From positions 21,599-85,598 of the forward strand of contig JAFGDO010000032.1 of assembly GCA_016932045.1 (NCBI GenBank): a stretch of DNA of 64,000 bases, read 5' to 3'. The notes below the pieces were generated by a model. That model ran no database searches. It was not told where the DNA came from and saw only the letters and a program-made list of their open reading frames with translations. The position numbers and the translations under genes are program-made. How positions within the stretch are numbered: position 1 is the stretch's first letter; the number at the start of each line of letters is the position of its first letter. This stretch comes from Candidatus Dojkabacteria bacterium (GTDB lineage: Bacteria > Patescibacteriota > Dojkabacteria > JAHIVN01). This document shows positions 18,827-29,105 of the stretch, piece by piece.

Positions 18827-19198
18827 GTGATATTTAGTCTTGAAAAAATGAGACATACATGTCACAATAGCATTAGTTACTATCTCTTTGAAGAAAAAGT
18901 TTACATTGATAACAAAGCCGAAAGAGAGCTTAGAAGGTTCAATACAGAATTAAGAGCTGAATTTAAAGCTCTCATCGATAAATTAGCAAAGGAAGGACAT
19001 CTGAAAATACCTTTTGCCAAGAAAATTGATAAAGAGCTATTTGAAATGAGAGTAAGAATCGAGGGAGCTTGGAGAGGATTTTACTCTTATATTCAAAAAG
19101 ATACAGTAATAATTTTACATTTCTTTCGTAAGAAGTCGCAAAAAACACCTAGAAAGAAAATAAATACAGCAAGAAAAAGGTTAAGATATTACAAGTAA
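18827..19198 (+). CDS. higB: HigB-like toxin (phage Gp49/DUF891 family, RelE/ParE superfamily)
   Basis: 123 aa whose C-terminus LHFFRKKSQKTPRKKINTARKRLRYY matches the DUF891/Gp49 signature (GF.KKTQKTP..EI..A..R...Y), plus an LFEMRV core. Confidence 0.65.
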   Translation: MIFSLEKMRHTCHNSISYYLFEEKVYIDNKAERELRRFNTELRAEFKALIDKLAKEGHLKIPFAKKIDKELFEMRVRIEGAWRGFYSYIQKDTVIILHFFRKKSQKTPRKKINTARKRLRYYK

Positions 19199-19202
19199 AA
19201 GA

Positions 19203-19511
19203 ATGAACTCTAAACTTAAAACAAAACTAAGAAAATACGCAATACCCTACGAGAAAGCTTTTGTCCAGGACATGAAGAAGGCGCAGTTCAGAAGACTTGT
19301 AAGAGCAAAGAAGAGGTACTTTGAAACATTATCTTCTATTAAGAAATTGCGTAAGCAAAAGGGCTTTTCACAGGAAAAGCTTGCTAAACTTGCGGGTCTT
19401 CCACGACGTACCATAGTTCGTATAGAATCGGGTCAAAAGAATACAACTATCGATACCCTCATCAGCATCGCCTCGGCTATGGAGGAGGAGTTGGTAATTA
19501 GGTTGAAATGA
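19203..19511 (+). CDS. higA: HTH XRE-family antitoxin (HigA-like)
   Basis: 102 aa with a classic HTH_XRE, LRKQKGFSQEKLAKLAGLPRRTIVRIESGQKNTTIDTLISIASAM. It begins 4 nt after the toxin stop, in toxin-first HigBA order. Confidence 0.65.
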   Translation: MNSKLKTKLRKYAIPYEKAFVQDMKKAQFRRLVRAKKRYFETLSSIKKLRKQKGFSQEKLAKLAGLPRRTIVRIESGQKNTTIDTLISIASAMEEELVIRLK

Positions 19512-19792
19512 AGAATCCTTTTATCTATTCTCAATTAAATGAATATACTCATCTTTTGTATCCAGTATTCTAACTAATGTCGTAATATCTAGCGGTGAAT
19601 CCCAAAATAATTCTCTTCCTTTGCCAACCAACTAAATTACTCTTATAATACTTCTGTCTCTGGTTTCTGATTTTGAATTTAAGATTTGTTTGGAAATTAG
19701 GATTTAGAAATTAGGATTTTAATAGATTTACTATAGTTCAACGCTCACTTTGACAAGCTCAGTGCAAGGGGCATTGAACCAACTTTATTGCA

Positions 19793-20263
19793 ATGAAAGC
19801 TATCATCTGGGACTTCTCCGGAACCCTTTACAACAAAAAAGAAGATAAACTATTTGAAGGAGCAAAAGAGATTCTTGTAAAATGCTCAAAGAAATATAAA
19901 CAGGCAATTGTGACTACTAAGTTGTCGGACCCTGAGGGCCGTATACAACTTATGAAAAACTTGGGTATTTGGAAATACTTTAATATCGTCGAAATAAGCC
20001 TAAAGACCGAGGGGCTCTTCTTGGACATTTGTAAACGTTTTAATTGCAAACCCGAGAAAGTTTATGTAATTGGTGATGGTTATAAGTTTGGACCCGCATG
20101 GAGCCCATATCCTCGGGAAATATTCACAGGCGAAAAACTTGGAATGAAAACAATTTGGTGTGACTTTCATAAAACTCCAAAACTAAAACAGCTGATACTC
20201 GGGATTAAGTACTGGAAGAAGATCTCGAGTTTGAAAGATCTAGAAAATGTCATAGACCTATAA
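19793..20263 (+). CDS. HAD-superfamily-like hydrolase (divergent)
   Basis: N-terminal IIWDFSGTL resembles HAD motif I (DxDGTL) with the third Asp replaced; VIGDG near the C-terminus resembles motif IV. Confidence 0.4.
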   Translation: MKAIIWDFSGTLYNKKEDKLFEGAKEILVKCSKKYKQAIVTTKLSDPEGRIQLMKNLGIWKYFNIVEISLKTEGLFLDICKRFNCKPEKVYVIGDGYKFGPAWSPYPREIFTGEKLGMKTIWCDFHKTPKLKQLILGIKYWKKISSLKDLENVIDL

Positions 20264-20344
20264 AGCTATGGCCCCAATTTCCATCTAATAAAAATAAATG
20301 CTAAAATTAACCACTAGCCCAAATTAACATCAAGCGACCAGCCT

Positions 20345-20761
20345 ATGCTACACCTTGCCATCTTTACTCCTGGCTTTATAGACAAGATTTTCACTGGACA
20401 AAAGACTATCGACGGCCGTTTCTCTAAAATTAAATGTATGCCGTTCGGTTCTATCGAAACAGGAGACCTGGTACTTATGAAAAAATCCGGAGGGAAAATA
20501 GTAGGCTATTTTGTTGCTGGTAAAGTAGAATTCTTTCACGATCTTACCCCCGAAAAGCTAAGAAAAATTGTAAAAAGGTATTGGGATGAACTTTCTTTAT
20601 CTAACTCTTTCTGGATTACTAAAAGACATTCTAAATATCTGACTTTGATTGAAATTAAACGTCCCACTAAATTTAGAATTCCAATAACTGTAAGGAAGAA
20701 GGATCTGTCAGGCTGGGTAAGTCTTGGGGGAGAAAGTCAGAGGCAGATACAGCTATTTTAA
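20345..20761 (+). CDS. ASCH-domain protein
   Basis: 138 aa; IFTGQKTIDGRF resembles the ASCH GxKxxExR core. Confidence 0.45.
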   Translation: MLHLAIFTPGFIDKIFTGQKTIDGRFSKIKCMPFGSIETGDLVLMKKSGGKIVGYFVAGKVEFFHDLTPEKLRKIVKRYWDELSLSNSFWITKRHSKYLTLIEIKRPTKFRIPITVRKKDLSGWVSLGGESQRQIQLF

Positions 20762-20895
20762 GAGTTCTAATTGCAAACAGCTGAATAGCAAATAGTTAAA
20801 TAATTGCATAGTTATCTAGCTAGATAGTTTAGCCGCTTAACATATATATCATTGGACCAATTAAATCGTTTTATCGATTAGATCGTTTAGATCCC

Positions 20896-22746
20896 TTAGT
20901 AATACGGATTATCTGGAACATCATGACTTGCCGGTTTTGCGTGTACAAAATTCTTTGAGAAAAGCTTTTTCACAAACTTTACGAGTGACGTGAAAATTGA
21001 GAAAAGAATAAGAAGTACAAGTAATGTGGGTACACCCAAGAATAAAATCTTTCCATAGATGTTTAACTGGTCTACTTTCTCAGTAAGGCTATCTCTTGGA
21101 GTATAATTGTATTGGGCTAATAATTCTTTTAAAGGAGTTAAATTTTCTAGATTCACTTCTTCAACAGCTTCGATCTCAAATTTCGGGGGTTCTAAATCTT
21201 CCTCGTCAAGAATTGAGTACTTAGTAACCGAACTTGGAGTGTCAACGTTGAGACTTGCAACACGCCAGAGCACATGGTCAATATCTCCGCCAATATAATT
21301 TTTGCGTCCAGTATCGCCCCAAGTTGGATCAATCGGCACCCAACCAACATTTGGTACATATGCTTCAACCCATTGATGCCCTTCCTGATTTTGACCTTCT
21401 GACTTAGGATCAAAACCATAGCCAAATGCTGCACGTGCAGGAATTCCTTGGGCACGCAAAAGGGTAATCAGTAAGTCAGAATACTCCATACACACGCTAC
21501 TTCCTCCTTCAAGAGTTTTTAAAGCACCCTGACGTTCATTAAAAACATCTGTCTTCAGATTGTCGTAATCAACACTTTCTATGACAAAATTATAATCAGA
21601 TAAAATAATTTCGTATACATTCTCTTCCTTCCCTTTTAGTTCACTTGCTTTTTTGCTTATATTCACATCATTCACCTCCCAGTACTCAGCCTGACTTAAA
21701 AGATCCTTGAATAGAACCTTCATGTTTTCTATCTCACCATAATCCTTTTCAAGGTCGATATCTTCAATATTACCGACTTCACTGCTGTTTATCTTGTTTG
21801 GAACATTTGTCACAATGTAACCCTTCACCGCTATTTCAGTACCCTCATCTTTCGGAAAAGAAAAACGAGCAATGACATTACCCTCACTATCTTCACGTAC
21901 ATAGTCCGGTTCTGGAGTTATAGATTCAAAGTAAACATTTTGACTCTCAAGATCGTTCTCTCGCGGTAATGCGAGATCATAGAAAATATTAAACATCTTT
22001 GAGCTTAATCCTTCTGATTGTTGAACTTTCTGAGTAATTTGAAAGGAATAATACTGCCTGTCACCAATCTGTATCCATGCCGATTGTTCCACAAGTGAGG
22101 ATGAGTCAAAGGTATAAACAAGATTTCCGTTCTGTCTTACAAATGATGAAGGTTCCGGTAAAACAAAATTGGCTTCGCCCAGCTTATCTTCAATTTCAAG
22201 CACGACACTATAGCTTGTTTTCGTCTGTGCACCTGACTCAGAAGTAATAATCTGATCAAAATTCTCTGGCATACCGGGTATGTATATGTTCCAAATATTG
22301 CCGACTTTTTCAGCAAGTTCAAAATTATCATATTCCAAAACAAAGGTCTTCTCCATCCCTCTAGTGATATCCTCTCTGTATGGAACTTTCAACTCAATTC
22401 TTTCATCGTTAATTTGCATTTCAGGTTCGAGACTGTTTCCTTGTCCATCAGTCAACACTATAGTTTCTGCCACTTTTTCGAGATCCTCTTTCTTTGTCTC
22501 TGACCTCACCTTAAAACTTGAAATGATAAAAGTCTCCTCAGATGATGCTGGAATATAGTATCTAAATGCATTATTCCGGATCTTTCTGACTTCTTTTATA
22601 TGCATCAAACCACTTTGATCTACCGAATATGTAAAACTGATTGAGGTCTCAAAGTGCGCAGCACTTACTGGAGAGACGTAAACATAGGGGAATACTGAAA
22701 TTCCTAGAAGCAACCCTACAATTATCTTTTTAAGTAACTTTTTCAT
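20896..22746 (-). CDS. secreted transglutaminase-like cysteine protease-fold protein with a C-terminal TM anchor
   Basis: 616 aa. Has an N-terminal signal peptide; a transglutaminase core GGSSVCMEYSDLLITLLRAQGIPARAAFGYGF...GHQWVEAYVPNVGWVPIDPTWGD (Cys...His...Asp); and a C-terminal hydrophobic segment ILFLGVPTLLVLLILFSIF. Confidence 0.7.
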   Translation of the reverse strand: MKKLLKKIIVGLLLGISVFPYVYVSPVSAAHFETSISFTYSVDQSGLMHIKEVRKIRNNAFRYYIPASSEETFIISSFKVRSETKKEDLEKVAETIVLTDGQGNSLEPEMQINDERIELKVPYREDITRGMEKTFVLEYDNFELAEKVGNIWNIYIPGMPENFDQIITSESGAQTKTSYSVVLEIEDKLGEANFVLPEPSSFVRQNGNLVYTFDSSSLVEQSAWIQIGDRQYYSFQITQKVQQSEGLSSKMFNIFYDLALPRENDLESQNVYFESITPEPDYVREDSEGNVIARFSFPKDEGTEIAVKGYIVTNVPNKINSSEVGNIEDIDLEKDYGEIENMKVLFKDLLSQAEYWEVNDVNISKKASELKGKEENVYEIILSDYNFVIESVDYDNLKTDVFNERQGALKTLEGGSSVCMEYSDLLITLLRAQGIPARAAFGYGFDPKSEGQNQEGHQWVEAYVPNVGWVPIDPTWGDTGRKNYIGGDIDHVLWRVASLNVDTPSSVTKYSILDEEDLEPPKFEIEAVEEVNLENLTPLKELLAQYNYTPRDSLTEKVDQLNIYGKILFLGVPTLLVLLILFSIFTSLVKFVKKLFSKNFVHAKPASHDVPDNPYY

Positions 22747-22833
22747 ATAGCAAGTGACAAACTTTTTAGCAATTTGTTATATTTAAGATACCAAAGTTTA
22801 GCCAAAGTGTTAAGTTTTAAATAGAAAGAAAAA

Positions 22834-24597
22834 GTGCTAGATCGTCAGCAAAGAATTGCAGTGGAAACAATTCATGGGCCAGTTCTTGTTTGTGCAGGCC
22901 CTGGAAGCGGTAAAACTCGAACGTTGGTTGAGCGTGTCCTACACCTTCTAAGAAAAGGCGTAAAGCCCTCAAATATACTTATACTTGCATTTACAAACAA
23001 AGCGGCAAAGGAAATAAAAGACAGACTAGAGCAAAAAGTACAATCGGAACTCTCTCTTACAATTCAGGTTACTCCTTACACCATTCATTCTCTTTGTTTG
23101 AAAATTCTGAAAAAAGAAGTAGATAAACCATTTCTAATTCTTGATGAACATGATCAACTAAATGTCATTCAATTCTTAAAGAAAAAGTTGAAAGCAAAAG
23201 GCTTCAAGCAGAAAATCCTAAGCTTAATTAGTAATTACAAGAATCAAAGTTTCACCCAACTTCCTCAAGAATCTAAAACACTCTATAAAGAGTATCAAAA
23301 GTATTTGAATAAAAATAACCTATACGACTATGATGACATATTGATCAAAACACTAGAGTTACTTGAGAACAAAGAATTGATAAGAAAAAAATACCAGGAA
23401 ATGTACAAGTATATTCTCGTCGATGAGTATCAGGATATAAATGAGGTCCAAAATAAATTAATCAAGCTTCTTGCTTTGCCACAAAATAATACCTTTGTAA
23501 TAGGTGATGCTGATCAGTCAATCTATAGTTTCCGAGGCGCTAACTTCAAGCTATTTTTAGAATTTAATCAAGAATTTAAAGATGCCAAAACTATAAAATT
23601 AAGAACAAACTACAGATCCACCCCATCTATTGCTAATGCATCTTTAAGTTTAATTCTTCACAATAAAGATAGGCTAAGCAATAACTATAGGTGTTTCACC
23701 GAAATAGATTTTCCTGTCTTCGTATGCAAATGCGGAAATGAAAAAGACGAAGCAAAATTAGTTTCTGATGAAATTGAAAAAATAATTGGAGGGACTACCC
23801 TACTCCACATGGATAGTGACGTTGCAGAACAAAACGAAAACAACGAATACCAGTTCAACGACTTTGCAGTTCTTTATAGGAAGAATTCATTTGCAAAATA
23901 TTTGGAGCAGGAATTTCTCCATAAAGGAATTCCTTACCAGATCATTGGAATAAACAGCTTTTGGAATCTTCCTGAAATTCGCGATGTTATTTCAGTTATT
24001 AAGTATCTCGTTCACAAAAATAACTTTGTTTCAAAATTTCTAAATCCTCCAAATATTGATTTAGACCAAATAAAAAACATAACTGATGGTGGTCAGATTG
24101 ATGTAGAAGAATTTGTCGAGGCAAGCGGGTTAAAGACACATTATCGGGATGACAAAGAAGCACTAGAAAACTTAAGTACACTTATAGATCTTTTAGAAGA
24201 ATACAAATGCAAGAATCTCGAGGAATTGTCCTCTAGAATTGCATTGCAATCACGGGAAACTTATATAGATGAACGTGCAAATTGTGTAAAGCTTTTGACA
24301 TTTCACCAGGCAAAAGGACTAGAATTTGCAAATGTTTTTATAGCTGGTTGCGAAGAAGGTAATACACCGCTTCTTAAACATGACGCAAATATAGAAGAAG
24401 AGAGACGCTTGTTTTATGTCGGCATGACAAGAGCAAAGAGCCGTCTATACTTATCATACACACAAAACCGTTTAATTTGGGGTAAAAGACAGAAACAGAA
24501 ACCCTCAAGATTTTTGAAAGAGATTAACCAAGAATATGTGCATAAGAAAGAATTTATAAAAAGGAGAAAGAAGAAGGAACAAACTACTCTCTTTTAA
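22834..24597 (+). CDS. UvrD/PcrA-family (superfamily 1) DNA helicase, short form
   Basis: Walker A AGPGSGKTRTLVERV, motif Ia ILAFTNKAAKE, motif II ILVDEYQD, motif VI VGMTRAK. The ORF track uses a GTG start at 22834. Confidence 0.85.
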   Translation: MLDRQQRIAVETIHGPVLVCAGPGSGKTRTLVERVLHLLRKGVKPSNILILAFTNKAAKEIKDRLEQKVQSELSLTIQVTPYTIHSLCLKILKKEVDKPFLILDEHDQLNVIQFLKKKLKAKGFKQKILSLISNYKNQSFTQLPQESKTLYKEYQKYLNKNNLYDYDDILIKTLELLENKELIRKKYQEMYKYILVDEYQDINEVQNKLIKLLALPQNNTFVIGDADQSIYSFRGANFKLFLEFNQEFKDAKTIKLRTNYRSTPSIANASLSLILHNKDRLSNNYRCFTEIDFPVFVCKCGNEKDEAKLVSDEIEKIIGGTTLLHMDSDVAEQNENNEYQFNDFAVLYRKNSFAKYLEQEFLHKGIPYQIIGINSFWNLPEIRDVISVIKYLVHKNNFVSKFLNPPNIDLDQIKNITDGGQIDVEEFVEASGLKTHYRDDKEALENLSTLIDLLEEYKCKNLEELSSRIALQSRETYIDERANCVKLLTFHQAKGLEFANVFIAGCEEGNTPLLKHDANIEEERRLFYVGMTRAKSRLYLSYTQNRLIWGKRQKQKPSRFLKEINQEYVHKKEFIKRRKKKEQTTLF

Positions 24598-24653
24598 TTA
24601 ATATTTCTTTAACTATGTAACTACAAACCTCAATAGATACTTTGAATACTCTT

Positions 24654-25262
24654 TTATACCTTAATCCCCAGCTCACTGAACTTTTGTACTAGATCCGAGT
24701 AGTCCTTATACAATACGGCAATAAGACCAAAGGACCTTGCATGGGCTACATTCTCAATTCCATTATCAAAAAGGAGAATCTCCTCTGCCTTCAAACTTGA
24801 TCTTTTTAGCACTTCTTGGAACATATCAAAACCTTCAAGCTTCAACCTACCCACCTCATAGGAGAAAATTTTAACACTAAAGTCTTGCAGAAAATTATAT
24901 TTCTTATCAAGACCATTAACTCTTGCATGAAAATTATTGGAACAAAGAGCTGTAACAAGCCCTCTATCAAAAAAGCCTCGCATAAGATTTACTATATTCT
25001 CATCTTGAGAATAGCCGTTCAAGAGAACTTGAATTAGCTCATCTATTGATGCCTCAATACTCAATCTCTTTCTAAATTCATTCCAATAGTCGCGATCACT
25101 TATCTTTCCTCTTTTATAATCCATCATTGCATCTGACGAAAAGAATACAGTTCGAAGATCTCTTTCCGGGACATCATATCTTGCGACGATATTCTTTATA
25201 AAGTTCTCCTTACCATTTATAAAATAAGCCCCATCAAGATCACAAATTATACCTTTGACCAT
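24654..25262 (-). CDS. HAD-superfamily hydrolase
   Basis: GIICDLDGAYF (motif I DxDG) and downstream HAD-like motifs; 202 aa. Confidence 0.55.
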   Translation of the reverse strand: MVKGIICDLDGAYFINGKENFIKNIVARYDVPERDLRTVFFSSDAMMDYKRGKISDRDYWNEFRKRLSIEASIDELIQVLLNGYSQDENIVNLMRGFFDRGLVTALCSNNFHARVNGLDKKYNFLQDFSVKIFSYEVGRLKLEGFDMFQEVLKRSSLKAEEILLFDNGIENVAHARSFGLIAVLYKDYSDLVQKFSELGIKV

Positions 25263-25547
25263 ATTTCAGAAGTGACAATTAATGTTGAGACAATATTACA
25301 TGAATAGGAGCATAAAGTGAACTATACCATAATATAGCAATCTACAATCCTCAATTTTCAATCTACACTCTTCAACCTGCTTGCTATCCTCTACTTGTCC
25401 TGAACATAGTCGAAGGATCTGGCTATCGGTCTGTCTAGCCACTTATCAATCGTCAATTAAAAACAAGATTATCCGACTATGCCCCACCATAAGCGAATTC
25501 GCTCTACTCTATATTTTGTGGTAAAATCTTAAATCGGAATTACAACC

Positions 25548-27137
25548 ATGCCAAGAAAAACAAAAAAACAGCCAAAAGCTGTAAAAACCAAAAGTGAATA
25601 TGAGATTGCAAGACCGCCGGTAGTCACTATGCTTGGACACGTTGATCACGGTAAGACTTCCATACTCGACGCTATAAGAGGGACAAAGGTTCAAGCCTGT
25701 GAAGCTGGAGGTATAACTCAAAGCGTACGGGCTCATAAGATAAAGTATAAAACCGAAAAAGGAAATGAATATCAGATGACATTTATCGATACACCTGGAC
25801 ATAAAGCCTTTACTGAAATGCGGTCCCGAGGTGCACATGTTACAGATATAGCAGTCCTTGTCGTAGCCGTTGATGATGGAGTTAAGCCTCAAACAAAGGA
25901 AGCCGTTAAATTTGCAAAAGAAGCCAACGTTCCGTTTGTTGTCGCTCTCAATAAGGTAGATATTAAGGGAACAGATAAGAATAAAATTAAAAGGGATCTT
26001 GCAAATTTGGGCGTTCAGGCAGAAGAACTTGGCGGGGATGTAATGTTTATTGAGACATCAGCTAAAAAGCGAACAGGTCTTGAAAACCTACTTGAGGCAG
26101 TCCTGCTTACTGCAGAATTGGCAAATCTAAAGACGATAAAGCCAAAACAGGGTAAGGCTGAGGTAGTCGTACTTGAGTCAACAACCGATAAATCACTAGG
26201 AACTATTTCTTTTTGTCTTGTTAAAGCAGGTGAGATAAAAGTTGGCGATTTTGTTGCGTCAGGTGACGAGTGCTCAAAGATCCGCTCTATACTAGATGAA
26301 AATCTCTGCAACCAAACCGGAGCCAAAACTTCAGATCCTGTCTGGTTAACTGGAATAGACAAAGAGATACCTATAGGACAAACTCTTTATCTTTATCCAA
26401 GTATTTCTGATATCAAGGTAGAAACCAAAAAAATCAAAAAAAAGGAAGCAGAGAAAGAAGAAGATGAAGAATTGGATGAGGAAATCCTCGCAAATTTACT
26501 TACAGCAAGGGAGGAAGAAGGCAAAGCTGAACTGAATATAATCCTAAAATCCGAAAGTTGTGGAACTTTAGAAGTAGCTTCAAAAGAATTAGAGAAGCTT
26601 TCTACAGATGAAACAAGAATAAACATCATTGACCAAGGAACCGGAGATATAAATGAAGATGACATTATAAAAGCTAAAACATCAAAGGGGATAGTTATTG
26701 GCTTTAGATCAAAACTATCAAAGAAAGACGAGAGGATAGCAAGAATTGAAAAAGTACTTGTAAGGAACTATGAAATCATCTATGAACTTTTGGATGAAGT
26801 AGCTGAGGTTATTGAAAGTATGCGCGAGCCGGTGGAAAAAGAAGTGGAAGTCGCAAGAGCGCAAGTAAAAAAAGTCTTTAAATTATCAAACGGTGAGATA
26901 GTTGCAGGTTGTAAAGTAACAAAAGGAATAGTACTTAAGGGTTATCAGTGTTATGTGGAACGACCGTCTCTCAAAAAGGACAAAAGAATTGGTGAGGGTA
27001 AAATTACTTCACTAAAGTATCAAAAGGAAGAAATCCGAGAGGCCGGGAAAGGAACCGAGTGCGGAATTCTTCTCTCACCCCAGGTAGATATACAAAAGGA
27101 CGATGAGGTTATCTGCTTTAAGATTGAAAGGGAATAA
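25548..27137 (+). CDS. infB: translation initiation factor IF-2, short form lacking the long N-terminal region
   Basis: G-domain [28 protein letters not shown]; C-terminal beta-barrel domains; 529 aa. Confidence 0.93.
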   Translation: MPRKTKKQPKAVKTKSEYEIARPPVVTMLGHVDHGKTSILDAIRGTKVQACEAGGITQSVRAHKIKYKTEKGNEYQMTFIDTPGHKAFTEMRSRGAHVTDIAVLVVAVDDGVKPQTKEAVKFAKEANVPFVVALNKVDIKGTDKNKIKRDLANLGVQAEELGGDVMFIETSAKKRTGLENLLEAVLLTAELANLKTIKPKQGKAEVVVLESTTDKSLGTISFCLVKAGEIKVGDFVASGDECSKIRSILDENLCNQTGAKTSDPVWLTGIDKEIPIGQTLYLYPSISDIKVETKKIKKKEAEKEEDEELDEEILANLLTAREEEGKAELNIILKSESCGTLEVASKELEKLSTDETRINIIDQGTGDINEDDIIKAKTSKGIVIGFRSKLSKKDERIARIEKVLVRNYEIIYELLDEVAEVIESMREPVEKEVEVARAQVKKVFKLSNGEIVAGCKVTKGIVLKGYQCYVERPSLKKDKRIGEGKITSLKYQKEEIREAGKGTECGILLSPQVDIQKDDEVICFKIERE

Positions 27138-27264
27138 TACCTCTGACACACATAATATCTTCTGAAACTAGGTGTGAATTGTATCCTCTCTTGACTTACC
27201 CCTTACCCCATGCCATAATACCCACAAGAAATCTAAATTCTCTGCCCCGGAACCTTTTTCAACA

Positions 27265-28635
27265 GTGAAAGATCTAATAAAATCATCAAAACATATCCTC
27301 ATATTGTTGCCTGAAAAAGTTTGCCTAGATACAGCAGCAGCAGCACTAAGTCTTGCACATATTGTCTCCAGCGAAGGCAAAGAATTAAAAATCGGCTCAA
27401 CTTTTCCTATTCCGCAGGAATTTGAAAAAATTCTGGATTTTACCCCTTATGAGAGTATAAATAGTTTACAGAAACGAGAAGTTGTTCTGAGTATAAATAA
27501 AAAGAAGGGTGAAGTAAAAGCCGTAAGATGGAGAGAAATCGATGATCAGATCCAATTCATCATTACGCCTGAAATGGGAGAATTTGAGTTCAATGATGTT
27601 GACCTTGAAAGTGTCGGAGGAGCTTTTGATCTCATCATTACTATCGGATGTGAAAAACTAAGCACTGCCGGAAGCATTTACTCTTCAAATCCTTCTCCTT
27701 TTTTTGATACAAAAATTCTAAACATCGACATAAACCCAGCTAATGCAAACTTCGGCAGTACAAATAAGGTTGGTTCAGAGTCATCTTTGTCAGCATGGGT
27801 TTTGAAACTTGCAGGTGAAGAAGATTTGACAGTTGACCAAAGAACTATAGAAACTCTGTTTAAAGGTATATTCTGGTCAAATGAAGGGTTTAGAAAAGAT
27901 TCCTCACTTGAAAAAGCTGTTGAAAAATTGGCAGCTTCAGAAGGAAGTCTAACCTCAATAGTTACCCAGATGTCTGACACTCTGACTGTTGCGGAGCTTC
28001 GCTATATAGCAAAAATGATCTCTAATATGGAAGTAGAAACAGAAGGCATCATACATACAAAGATCCAAAACTCAGATCTTCAAGGTGTCAGTCTAGATAG
28101 AATTATTTATCCCGAAGTCAATATATTATCAAGACTCAGTGACTACACTGTGGTTTTTGTACTTACAGAATACGAACGAAATAAGGTACTTGTACGTGTT
28201 TATGCAAGGGATGAACAAAAGGATGTCTTTAAATTATTCTCGGACTATACTCCGTTCGGGAATTCTAGAAATATTACTTTTACTGTAAAGGGAGAATTAG
28301 ACTCTATTGAAGAAAAGTTGCTCGAAAGATTAAGAGGTGCAAGCACAGGTGAAGACGATGATAGTAGGCAAGTTTCACAAGGACCAAACGATAAGGAAGT
28401 CAAAAAGGAAAATAACACAAGAAAAGAAATTAATAAGATAGAAAAAGATAAAGAAAAAACTGAAACTTATAAAGACCCACTTCCTGAGGCAATAGAGTTT
28501 CCGGAACCAGTTGAGGCTCCACCCGTTGAGTTTACGCCACAAATCAGCCCTATGTCCCAGCCCTCACCTCTTCCACAACCTCCTATAAGTCCAATTTATC
28601 CAACGCAACCTTTGCCACCGGTTCAGATGATGTGA
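27265..28635 (+). CDS. DHH-family (NrnA-like) protein, apparently catalytically degenerate, with a Pro-rich C-terminal tail
   Basis: Sits downstream of infB, where NrnA/DHH genes commonly lie. N-terminal HILILLPEKVCLDTAAAALSLAHIV resembles DHH motif I (NPDGDAIGSsLAL) but lacks the Asp pair. The tail PLPEAIEFPEPVEAPPVEF...PLPQPPISPIYPTQPLPP is low-complexity. Confidence 0.4.
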   Translation: MKDLIKSSKHILILLPEKVCLDTAAAALSLAHIVSSEGKELKIGSTFPIPQEFEKILDFTPYESINSLQKREVVLSINKKKGEVKAVRWREIDDQIQFIITPEMGEFEFNDVDLESVGGAFDLIITIGCEKLSTAGSIYSSNPSPFFDTKILNIDINPANANFGSTNKVGSESSLSAWVLKLAGEEDLTVDQRTIETLFKGIFWSNEGFRKDSSLEKAVEKLAASEGSLTSIVTQMSDTLTVAELRYIAKMISNMEVETEGIIHTKIQNSDLQGVSLDRIIYPEVNILSRLSDYTVVFVLTEYERNKVLVRVYARDEQKDVFKLFSDYTPFGNSRNITFTVKGELDSIEEKLLERLRGASTGEDDDSRQVSQGPNDKEVKKENNTRKEINKIEKDKEKTETYKDPLPEAIEFPEPVEAPPVEFTPQISPMSQPSPLPQPPISPIYPTQPLPPVQMM

Positions 28636-28791
28636 AACGGTGTACTCTGGTTCCAGGCTCTGTATGGAACTAAATTGACATAGTGCAAGCTATATAGCTA
28701 TCTAAATCTATTGAAGCACCCAGTCCATTTGACAAACAAAGCCCCTAGTCTGATATAATCAGCAGAGTTAATTTAAGCTAGAAAATATTAG

Positions 28792-29052
28792 ATGGCAGAA
28801 CAAGAAGCCGAAATAGATGGACATTATGCTCAAGTTACATCTGGATTACATGCATTAGCTCAAGAGCTTGGTGTTGAATTTACTGACTTGCAAACTCTCT
28901 ACCTTTATAGTGGCGCACAAGGCTACGGTCCAACAATTCAAGAAGCAGAAGAACGGATCGCAGCAGTAGTCGGAGGTATAGATGAGGTCGCAAACGTTCA
29001 TGCAAGGATCGAACAAATCATTGACAAAGTCAGTGAAACACTAGACGAATAG
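28792..29052 (+). CDS. hypothetical small acidic protein (86 aa)
   Basis: Intact ORF with good coding appearance; no motif. Confidence 0.4.
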   Translation: MAEQEAEIDGHYAQVTSGLHALAQELGVEFTDLQTLYLYSGAQGYGPTIQEAEERIAAVVGGIDEVANVHARIEQIIDKVSETLDE

Positions 29053-29105
29053 ACACCCAACCTAAAAAGCTACAGGCCATAAGTTACTAGATATGACCTA
29101 TATAC

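Noticed and set aside
19512-19792. Short direct repeats gaaattaggattt x2 in the higA-HAD intergenic region
   Set aside because: Only two short AT-rich copies; most likely chance or simple promoter-region low complexity.
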